Shown here: in pieces, positions 19,479 to 28,600 of the stretch
Layout of the letters: every line of letters begins with the position of its first letter
Numbering within the stretch: position 1 is the stretch's first letter
From: Polaribacter sp.
GTDB lineage: Bacteria; Bacteroidota; Bacteroidia; Flavobacteriales; Flavobacteriaceae
NCBI GenBank assembly: GCA_045110395.1
Contig: JBGCFX010000202.1
Span: 1-54,513 of the forward strand
Direction of reading: 5' to 3'
Length of the DNA stretch: 54,513 nt
Translations under genes and position numbers: made by a program
The notes under the pieces: model-generated
Databases searched by the model: none
What the model was told of the DNA's origin: nothing
Seen by the model: only the letters and a program-made list of their open reading frames with translations

Positions 19479-20051
19479 ATGTTTCAACTAGGAAAAACCA
19501 TAGTATCAGAAGACATTATCGAAAAAGATTTTGTCTGTAATTTATCTGCTTGTAAAGGAGCTTGTTGTGTAGATGGTGAAGCTGGTGCTCCTTTAGACAA
19601 AGAGGAAATCAAAATTTTAGAAGAAATTTACCCGAAGGTAAAACCGTTTTTACGTAAAGAAGGCATAGATGTTATTGAAAAACAAGGCACTTGGGTTAAT
19701 AGTGATTGGGGTGAATTAGAAACACCTTTAATTGACAATAAAGATTGTGCTTATGTTATTTTTGATGAAAAAAACACAGCACTTTGTGGTATTGAAGAAG
19801 CTTATAATTCTGGAGCAATTAGTTGGAAAAAACCTGTTTCTTGCCATTTATATCCTATTAGAGTTAAAGATTATAGCGAGTTTGCTGCTGTAAACTACCA
19901 TAAATGGGAAATTTGTGATGATGCTTGCACTTTAGGAAAAGAACTGCAAGTTCCTGTTTACAAATTTGTAAAACAAGCTTTGGTCAGAAAATTTGGTGAA
20001 GATTGGTATGAAGAGTTAGAAAAAGTAGCAGAAAAACATCTTAATTCATAG
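19479..20051 (+). CDS. DUF3109-like Cys-rich protein
   Basis: FVCNLSACKGACCVDGEAGAP, KPVSCHLYPIR. Confidence 0.88.
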   Translation: MFQLGKTIVSEDIIEKDFVCNLSACKGACCVDGEAGAPLDKEEIKILEEIYPKVKPFLRKEGIDVIEKQGTWVNSDWGELETPLIDNKDCAYVIFDEKNTALCGIEEAYNSGAISWKKPVSCHLYPIRVKDYSEFAAVNYHKWEICDDACTLGKELQVPVYKFVKQALVRKFGEDWYEELEKVAEKHLNS

Positions 20052-22836
20052 TATTTTTAGTTCTTCTTCTAAAGAAAAGAACCACAAAAAAGACCATAAT
20101 TATTGGAATAATTAGATAAAAAATAACTGAAGAAGTTTTATCAACAATAGTAGCATCACTTCCATAAACTACAAAACCAGCCCAATAATAGGGTGCAGAT
20201 AATTTACTATTTGTGTTTTCTTTTCTGTACGTTATTTTGGCATTTTTTAGAGCTTCAGATTTTGTTTGTCCAGCTTTTAAGTTTTTATAAAAAAGAACCA
20301 TAATTTTTTGGGTACTTGCATCTGGCACTTCCCATAAACTAGCAACAGTAGCAGAAACCCCAGCAAAAGTAAAAGCTCTTTGAAAAGAGGCTAAAGAACC
20401 ATTTTTTTCTAAACCACCACCAGTATTACAGGCACTTAAAATAGCCAAATCTGCACCTAAACTGATACCATATAATTCTTCTAAATACAAATGATCTTCT
20501 TCATTTTCTAAATTATTACTGAATAACAAACGACTAAATTCTGGAAAATCTTTATTTACTTCTGCATGCATAGCCAAATGTAAAATTTTAGCTTTACTAG
20601 CAGTTTTAATAAATTTTGATTTGGTTAAATTTTGTTGATTATATAATTTTGATGGAAATAATTTACTGATGGTTTTTGCCTCCTTATTTGCGCCTTCTAA
20701 AAAAGAAATTGAGCCTCTAATATCAGATTTAGTTGTTGTGTTTACATAATTTGGAGCATAAATATGTACATCATTTAAAAATGATGATTCTTGTATTTTT
20801 GGTTCTATAAAACCTAAATTAGAGGTGTATCTTATATTATAAATTTCTGTTGTTAGTTTATTTTTTGTTTTTAAAATTTCAAAAGGGAGTTTGTATAAAA
20901 TACCATCTGGGTTTATGATAATGTTGCTTATATTTTTATCTATTTTAGGAAATAGTAACTGTCCAAATTTAGAAGCTAATTCAGAATTGTAATTTTGATT
21001 ATGAGTTTCTTTGATGAATTCAGTTAATTTTTCTTGAGTTTTTTTTGTCCATTTTAGTACATCAACTTTAAAATTATTTTTAGAAATTTGATATATAGCT
21101 AATTCATCATTCAATAAAATGTACTTTAAAACCAAGTCTTTTCCAGTTAATTTTTGTTGTAAATCTTCTATAGAAAAGGTAAAATCGCTAAATAAATCTA
21201 ATTGAGGAAACAACTTTTCCTTATTAATTTGGTGTTTCTCTAATAATCTATTTATAGAATCTTGTTGTTCAATATTTTGGTTTAATTTTGCTGAAGAAAG
21301 TAAAGAAGCCAACTCTAATTGACGGTTTTTTACAGCATCTAAATTTGGTAGAGAGTTTGTATATCTATTTTCATAAAACTTTTTCCAAGCTATTTTACTT
21401 TTAAAGGTTTCAAACTTATTTAAAATTGTTTTTTGTAGAATATTATGATCAATAAAACCAGTTTTTTTATCATTTAAAATTCCCTGAATAATTTTACGAA
21501 GTTCATTGTTTTGTTTTGGGTTAAAATTTATATCTAAATAACTATTTTCAAATTGTTGTAAAGCTAAAAGATACATTTTATTAACTTTTTTCTGAATAAG
21601 TGTATCTTTTTTGTAATAATAGTTTAATTCTTCACCAATTCTAATCAATAAATTTGTATGATTATAACTTTTGCTGGGTGTAAAATTACTATAGTTTTTA
21701 TGTAGTGTGGCTTTGCCTTTATGAATTTTTTCTATGGATTTATAAAAATAAAATAAGGCACTATCTTTTTGTTTTTTCTTGGCTTTAATTTGAGCTTTTT
21801 GTGCTAAAAAAAAAGGCAGCCTTCCATCACTTTTAGAAATTCCTCGAAATAAAACAGCCATTGTACTATCTGCTTTTTCTAATTGATTCCCTCTTATAAA
21901 ACCTTTTGCAATATTGTATTTTATAGCCCAAGGAGTACCTAAATAATTTTTATTTTCAACTAAATCGAGTGTTTTTAGTAAGTATTGTAAACCAGTTGCT
22001 ACATCTTTTTGTGTGGTTAAACTATCGTGTTTATGAGATATGAACCAATCTCCTATATGATTTAATGCTGTACTATAATAAATTCTTTCTTCTTTATGAA
22101 AATCAGGTTGATTGTGCATATTTTCAAGAGATTTCATCGTATTTAATATTGCTAAACTATCTTTAGAATTTTTAGAACTATAAAATAGATATACTTTTCT
22201 ATATTTTGCAATTACGCCAAGTCTGTGATGATTTCCATTTAGCTCCCAAGTATTTTTATCTATTTCTACTTTATTTTTTGCATATACATTTTCTGCCAAA
22301 CGCATATAATATTTAGCTTTTTCAAAATTACCATAATAAGCATGATGATTAGATAATAAAAGATAAGCACCCATTAAACCACCAAAACTGGGATTTGGCA
22401 AGCTTTCTAGTAATTTGAGTGAATTCGTTATATCTTTATAACTTTTAATACTAGAACCTATTTCACTTTCTAAATATGCTTTTTTATTATAGAAAACAGC
22501 TTTTAGACTATCACCAGTATTAGAATTAGGACAAAAAAGAACTCCTTTATCTAAAGAAGATATATTTTTAATGCTTTTATTGGTTTTATGAAGACCCATA
22601 AATTGATACAAATATATTTTAGCAAAAAGTAAACTATCTTTAGAATTTGTAGATTTTAAATCTTTTAGTGCTTTGTTAGATACAGAAATAACGCTATCAG
22701 CTTTGTTTAAAAAATACAACTCACTTAACTGCTTTATAATAGAATTTGATGTTTTGGTTTGTGCAAATAACGAGTGAGAATTGAACCCAAAAAGGATTAC
22801 AAATAAGCCAAAAAATATTTTTGATTTAAAACTCAT
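20041..22836 (-). CDS. CHAT (caspase/HetF-like) protease with N-terminal TPR-like region, signal peptide and C-terminal TM anchor
   Basis: IINPDGILYKLPFE, LHLAMHA (His codon 20566-20568), LAILSACNTG (Cys codon 20428-20430), SLWEVPD, PYYWAGFV; signal ...SLFA-Q; TM followed by RRR. Confidence 0.93.
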   Translation of the reverse strand: MSFKSKIFFGLFVILFGFNSHSLFAQTKTSNSIIKQLSELYFLNKADSVISVSNKALKDLKSTNSKDSLLFAKIYLYQFMGLHKTNKSIKNISSLDKGVLFCPNSNTGDSLKAVFYNKKAYLESEIGSSIKSYKDITNSLKLLESLPNPSFGGLMGAYLLLSNHHAYYGNFEKAKYYMRLAENVYAKNKVEIDKNTWELNGNHHRLGVIAKYRKVYLFYSSKNSKDSLAILNTMKSLENMHNQPDFHKEERIYYSTALNHIGDWFISHKHDSLTTQKDVATGLQYLLKTLDLVENKNYLGTPWAIKYNIAKGFIRGNQLEKADSTMAVLFRGISKSDGRLPFFLAQKAQIKAKKKQKDSALFYFYKSIEKIHKGKATLHKNYSNFTPSKSYNHTNLLIRIGEELNYYYKKDTLIQKKVNKMYLLALQQFENSYLDINFNPKQNNELRKIIQGILNDKKTGFIDHNILQKTILNKFETFKSKIAWKKFYENRYTNSLPNLDAVKNRQLELASLLSSAKLNQNIEQQDSINRLLEKHQINKEKLFPQLDLFSDFTFSIEDLQQKLTGKDLVLKYILLNDELAIYQISKNNFKVDVLKWTKKTQEKLTEFIKETHNQNYNSELASKFGQLLFPKIDKNISNIIINPDGILYKLPFEILKTKNKLTTEIYNIRYTSNLGFIEPKIQESSFLNDVHIYAPNYVNTTTKSDIRGSISFLEGANKEAKTISKLFPSKLYNQQNLTKSKFIKTASKAKILHLAMHAEVNKDFPEFSRLLFSNNLENEEDHLYLEELYGISLGADLAILSACNTGGGLEKNGSLASFQRAFTFAGVSATVASLWEVPDASTQKIMVLFYKNLKAGQTKSEALKNAKITYRKENTNSKLSAPYYWAGFVVYGSDATIVDKTSSVIFYLIIPIIMVFFVVLFFRRRTKNTMN

Positions 22837-22864
22837 TACTGTTATTTTTTCTTTGATAGAAAGA

Positions 22865-23497
22865 CTAATTAAGATTGTTTAGTAAAACCTTTACTTCATC
22901 AATTTTAAAAGATTTTTGTTGTTGTAATTTTAGTAAATGCAATTTTGCAATATCCGTTTTTTCTAATTTTAGAGAGATTAATGCCAAATACCAAAGACTT
23001 TCTTGTTGCCATTTTTGGTTGTTATTATCAACAATTTGTTGTAATAAATCTTTTGATTTCTTATAATTTTTAATACTTAAATATGCATTTGCCTTATAAA
23101 AATTGATGGTTGCAACATCTGTAGTATCTGTGTTGGTTAATTTGTTAAATTGTGCAATTGCTTTTTGGTATTCACCAAGTTCATAAAAAGCAAAAGCCTG
23201 AGCTTTTTTAGTTAGATTTAGGTTATTTCTAACAATAGGAACAATTACATTTTCGTAAGGTGTAAAATTTTCTGCATACAATTCTTGGTTAGATAAAGAT
23301 TGATTATCAACAATAAAATAGACAGACAAACCAATTATAGCAACAATAGAAGCAGCAACTAACCAATTTATTTTCTTTGGTTTTTCAATAGATTTATCTA
23401 AAGAAGCTTCAACAGATTTTAAAAACAATTTTTGCTTTTTTCTTTCTGCTGCAGTAATTGCCTTTTTTAGGTTTTTATTAAATTCTGTATCTTCCAC
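22865..23497 (-). CDS. Single-TM TPR protein, putative anti-sigma factor
   Basis: Short N-terminal helix, TM WLVAASIVAIIGLSVYFIV, TPR-like FYKANAYL and WYLALISLK; 4 nt downstream of the ECF sigma. Confidence 0.75.
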   Translation of the reverse strand: MEDTEFNKNLKKAITAAERKKQKLFLKSVEASLDKSIEKPKKINWLVAASIVAIIGLSVYFIVDNQSLSNQELYAENFTPYENVIVPIVRNNLNLTKKAQAFAFYELGEYQKAIAQFNKLTNTDTTDVATINFYKANAYLSIKNYKKSKDLLQQIVDNNNQKWQQESLWYLALISLKLEKTDIAKLHLLKLQQQKSFKIDEVKVLLNNLN

Positions 23498-23501
23498 TAC
23501 A

Positions 23502-24047
23502 TTATTTTTTTATAAAATCTTTTAATTGTTTTATACATCTCGATTTCTGACTTTTCACCACATTTTTATTATTATAATTCAATTTTTCAGCAATTTCATC
23601 AATTGTAAAACCTCTGTAATAAAACAGCGTTAATACTTCTTTACATTTTTTACCAAGTTCTGCAAACCCTTTTTGCAATAAAAGCTGAAATTTATTTGGT
23701 TCTTCATCAAAAAAATCATCAGCAATTTCTTTATAATTATAAGCTTCACTTTCTAAAGGGAAATCAGAATTTGTTTTACTATTTTTTCTCGCTTTTTCAT
23801 ACAGCATATATTTTCCTATGCCAAATAAATAAGTTCTAATAGAACAAGTTAAATTCATTATATCACCTTTTATAGCTTTCTCTTGCAAAGTAATAATTGC
23901 ATCTTGATATACATCTAAAATATCAGCATTAGAAAGATGAAACTTTCTAGCAAAATTGATAAAGGCATCTCTATTATCAACATATATTTTTTTAAGCGTC
24001 TTTTTATCAGATGCTTTTAAAAGAATTATAAGTTGCTGTTCGTTCAT
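23502..24047 (-). CDS. ECF-type RNA polymerase sigma factor (start corrected to 24047)
   Basis: Region 2 DILDVYQDA..RTYLFGIG and region 4 LGKKCKEVL.LFYY...IDEIAEKL...VKSQKSRC; the upstream 32 codons are low-complexity intergenic DNA. Confidence 0.92.
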   Translation of the reverse strand: MNEQQLIILLKASDKKTLKKIYVDNRDAFINFARKFHLSNADILDVYQDAIITLQEKAIKGDIMNLTCSIRTYLFGIGKYMLYEKARKNSKTNSDFPLESEAYNYKEIADDFFDEEPNKFQLLLQKGFAELGKKCKEVLTLFYYRGFTIDEIAEKLNYNNKNVVKSQKSRCIKQLKDFIKK

Positions 24048-24172
24048 TAATGATAGAAAAATAGAAAAGTAAACAAAAAAATAAAAATAATTAAAAAATG
24101 TTAACCTTTCTATTTTTAAAACATTAAAAGAAAAAAGACTCATAATTTATATTACAAATTACTGCAAATAAA

Positions 24173-24242
24173 TCAATTATACAGTTATTTATACCAGTTA
24201 TACAAATGCTCTTTTTTTATATAATTATATTTAAAATATTTG
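24173..24242 (+). promoter_or_regulatory. Putative LytTR binding site with weak -7 element (cargo promoter 1)
   Basis: TATACA at 24178 and 24199 (21-bp period); AATATTTG at 24235-24242. Confidence 0.72.
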
Positions 24243-24275
24243 TTTGATAACAAATATGAATTTAAAAAATAAAGT

Positions 24276-25643
24276 ATGAAAATTATTAAAATAGTAGCAT
24301 TAAGTTTTTTTTTAATAGGAATAAGTATGCCAACAAATGCTCAATTCTGGAAAAAGCTAAAGAAAAAAGTTCAAAAAAAAGTAGAGCAAAAAGTTGATGA
24401 AAAAATAGACAAAGAGACCGATAAAATTATTGATAGTACTTTAAACGGAAAAGCAAAGAAAAAAGAAGTAGTAAAAAAAGATGCCAGATTAAAATCTTAT
24501 GGCTCTGCATCAATTAGTCATTCTGCAATTTACGGAATGTTTAGTGTAAACGATTTAACTAAAACTAAACTAAATAAAGAAGGCAAAAAGGTATCCGTAA
24601 AAGGATATTGGAGAACTTCTGGAGCAGATGTTTTTGATGGTTATATTTTAAATATTAGTACTGTTGATGATATTAATGCACTTCAAAATAAAACCTTTAA
24701 AATTCCAGAAGAGGCTACACTAAAATTAGCTTATAATGCCTTGGTAAAAGGAGAATATGTTTACAAAAGAGGTCAGATTCATGCGCCTCAAAATTTGCAA
24801 GTTAGTTCAGGTTCTGTAACGATCTCTTTTAATAAAGACAATAATGTAAATATCAATTTTTCTGGAAATGTAAAATTAAATAATCATAATAATCCTTCAG
24901 CTCCTAATACTTCTTCTACAATTAATGGAATGATTAGCACAACAGCACCAGAATTTACAATTACTAAAGAAAGAAAAGAACAACAAAAAGACGCTGTTGA
25001 TGAAATGTCTGAAGAAGAGAAAATGGAGGTATTTAAAAAAATGTCGCCAACAGTAAACATTCCATCAACATTTAGTTTTAATAAAACTATTGAAGTAAAA
25101 ATGACAGATGAAAAAGGAGATTCTCAAACAGTAGAATTTTTAACAGGAAGTTATCCAGATATTTATGCACTGGCTGTAGCACCAAAAGAAATGCAAGGTC
25201 AAGAAATGCTGATTGTAAATACGCCTAAATCATCATCTATATTTATGAATATGGGAGGTATGAAAATAAAGAAAATAACCTCTTTAGAGCAAATGGGAAG
25301 CCAATACAATATGGTAGAAAATTTACCTGAAGATGGAGATTTTAAATATAAAAAAACAGGAAAAACCAAAACAATTATTGGCTATTTATGTGAAGAAGTA
25401 AAAGTTGAATACGATTACACAAACTCTAAAGGAAGTGCTTCTTTTTGGTTATCTAAAGACTTTCCAATTCAAAATAAAGCAATACCAATGTTGGGTATGA
25501 GAATGAATAATCCTAATTTTTCTGGTTTTGTTTTAGAAATGAATACCACACAAAATGGTAAGAAATTTACTATTGAAGTTACAAATATATCAGACAAAAA
25601 TGTGTCTATCAATACAAATGAGTATAAAAAAATGGGATTTTAA
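24276..25643 (+). CDS. Secreted protein with C-terminal DUF4412-like domain
   Basis: Signal ..TNA-Q, Lys-rich QFWKKLKKKV N-terminus, YKKTGKTKTIIGYLCEE, C-terminal INTNEYKKM. Confidence 0.75.
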   Translation: MKIIKIVALSFFLIGISMPTNAQFWKKLKKKVQKKVEQKVDEKIDKETDKIIDSTLNGKAKKKEVVKKDARLKSYGSASISHSAIYGMFSVNDLTKTKLNKEGKKVSVKGYWRTSGADVFDGYILNISTVDDINALQNKTFKIPEEATLKLAYNALVKGEYVYKRGQIHAPQNLQVSSGSVTISFNKDNNVNINFSGNVKLNNHNNPSAPNTSSTINGMISTTAPEFTITKERKEQQKDAVDEMSEEEKMEVFKKMSPTVNIPSTFSFNKTIEVKMTDEKGDSQTVEFLTGSYPDIYALAVAPKEMQGQEMLIVNTPKSSSIFMNMGGMKIKKITSLEQMGSQYNMVENLPEDGDFKYKKTGKTKTIIGYLCEEVKVEYDYTNSKGSASFWLSKDFPIQNKAIPMLGMRMNNPNFSGFVLEMNTTQNGKKFTIEVTNISDKNVSINTNEYKKMGF

Positions 25644-25656
25644 AAAAACAAAAACT

Positions 25657-28600
25657 ATGAAAACAAAATTACTACTACTATCACTTTTTTTAGCAACTCA
25701 GGTTAGTTTCACACAAATAGATGTTACTCCAAATCAATTAAAACCAATAGAAATTGCAAAAATCACTTCAACAGAAACAACAAGTTATTTTGGTAATTCA
25801 ATAAGCTTTTCTAACGATGGTTCAGTGTTGGCTATTGGCGAATCTGGTTATGGAACTTTAGATAGAGTTAGTAGTGGTAGAGTTCGTGTTTACACAAATG
25901 AAACTGGTATTTGGTCGCAAAAAGGGCAAGATTTAATTGGTATAGAAGATTTTTTTAACGCTTTTGGTACAAAAGTAGAATTGTCTTCAGATGGTAATAC
26001 ACTTGCAGTATACGATTCTCAAATTAATCTCACTTTAAATGCTGGTGAAACTTTAGCAGATAAATATGGAGATTTAGCACCACAGTATTTTCCTTACATA
26101 CAGGTTTATCAATTTATAAATGAAGCTTGGGTAAAAGTGGGCGCAGATTTTTTATGGGATGATGTTTTGGATGTTGTAGATATGTCTCTTTCTGGAAATG
26201 GAACATCAATAGCAATAGCAGGTAAAACAGGAACAAAAACGTATGAATTAATTGCAAATACTTGGAATCAAACTGGTCAAGAAATTCCTGCAAGAGATCA
26301 AATTTATAACGAAAAAGTAGATTTATCAGCAGATGGTAAAACCTTAATTATAGGCGATAGTCATTTTAGTGAATCTAACAACCAAAACCCTTCTTGGGAA
26401 GGTCAGGTAAAAGTATATGAATATAATTCAACTACTTGGACTCAGTTAGGAAATACTATTAAAGGAGCTATAAATTTAGGACTTTTTGGTAGTGAGGTTA
26501 GCATAGCAGCAGATGGTAAAACTATAGCAGTTTTGGCATCACAGATTAGTAATGATGATTATATTGCCGTTCTTGAGTTTACAGGAGGTAATTGGGTTTC
26601 TAAAGGAACAAATATTCAACAAAAAAATGCTGAAATAACAAGTATGCAACTTTCTGGTGATGGAAATGCAATAGTTATTGGAGAAACATTATCTGCAAGA
26701 GTGCTAAAATACAATACAGATTGGGAGCAAGTAAATGTAGCAGCTGAAGGTGATAATAACACAGATGGATTTGGTAAAGCAGTAACTATCTCCGCAAATG
26801 GAAACGTTTTTGCAGTTGGAGCTCCTAATAGTTCAAATGGATATGTAAGTATTTTTAATCATAATAAAAATAGTGCAACTCGTTTTGGAGATGAAATTTA
26901 TGGTTATGGCGATTATGATAAACTAGGAAGTAGTGTAGCTGTTTCTGGTAATGGAAATATTATTGCTATGGGTGCAGAAGGTAATTATAATGATAATGGA
27001 ACATATAGATTTGGACACGTTAGAATTTTTGAAAAAACAAATAATGGATTAGAACAAATTGGCGTAGATCTTAGAAATACAACAGATTTTGATTCTGGTG
27101 CTTTTGGATCAGAAGTGTCCTTGAATGAAGATGGAACCCTTTTAGCTATTGCTGCTTCTTATTTAGGCACTAGCAATAATGGTGCTGTTTATGTATATCA
27201 AAGAAATGGTGATACTTGGGATCCTATAGGAAATATAATTACAGATCCCAAAGGTGATAGAACAGGTTCTTCCCTTGCTTTTTCAGATGATGGATCTATT
27301 TTAGCAGTAGGTTCAGGAACAAACCCTACTGGTGGTTCTACAACTAATTACAAAGGATTTACTACTATTTATAAATATAACAATACTAATAATCTTTGGG
27401 AAGTTTTAGGGCAACAAATTTTAGGAGAAGCTACAAGAGATTACTCAGGAGCATCCATAGATTTATCTGGTGATGGAACCATAGTTGCAATAGGTGCTTA
27501 TGGAAATGATGGAGAAACAACTAATGGAGGTCATGGACACGCAAGAGTTTTCAAATTTGTAAACAATAGTTGGGAACAAATGGGAGAAGATGTTGATGGA
27601 AATGCAGATTTTAATATAAATTTTGGAGGTGTTGTAACGCTCTCTAATGATGGTAAAACGTTAATAGTTTCAGATTTGAGTTCGCAAACAAGTGCTGGAA
27701 GTGTAGAGATATTCAATTGGAATAATAATACTAGCCTATGGGAACATGAGGTACAACTTAAATCTTTTAAAAGTTCAGGAACAAATAATTTTCATAGATA
27801 TAAATTTGGATCCTCTACTGCTATTTCTAATAATAAAAAAGTTTTAATTGTTGGAGAAACAGAAAATGTTCAAGGTAAAGTATATGTGTATGTAAAAAAC
27901 GAAACAGGAACTTGGGTAGAAAATGATTTGTTTTTAAAAGGAACAAAAAAATCTGGTCAGTATTTTGGGAATGATGTTAGTTTAAGTAGTAATGGAAACA
28001 CACTTGTTGTGGGTTCTGAAAGACATAATCAAAAAGGAACTCAAACAGGTATGGCTACAGTATATCATCTAAATTTATGTTCTTCTGTAGAAGGTTTTGA
28101 AGTTTTTGATGGTGTAGAAAACTATCCACTTTCTACTTCAAACAATTTGGTAATAAACGGAAGTGCAGAAATTTTACCAATAACAGAAAATGGTTGGACA
28201 ACTGTTTCTGGTAAATGGGAATGGCCAATAAGAAATGTACAAGGAGTTCCTGCAAAATACGGACATAAATATTTTAAAACAACAATATCAGGGGCTGCAG
28301 AAATTTATCAAGATGTAGATGTATCCTCTTTTAGTACTTCTGTTGATGCTGGAAATCAATATTTTTACTTCAGTGCTTATCTTCAATCTTTTCAGGTAAA
28401 TAGCGTTGAAGATGATTCGCAAGTTATTGTAGAATATAGAGACATTTCTGGAAACGTATTAGCAACTTATGATACTGGTTTGTCTCAAATAACTGAAGAT
28501 TGGACCTTGTTTAAAGATACACGTTTAGCACCAATTGGTACAAAAATAATTCGTGTAAGGTTAAAAGCAATTAATAATAATCAATTTCGTGCTCCTTTGG

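Noticed and set aside
24048-24143. 32-aa N-terminal extension of the ECF sigma
   Set aside because: Phe-rich translation of T-rich intergenic DNA; sigma homology starts at MNEQ (24047).
25555-25656. 34-aa N-terminal extension of the large T9SS gene
   Set aside because: It overlaps the upstream CDS; the signal peptide and paralog-identical start are at 25657.
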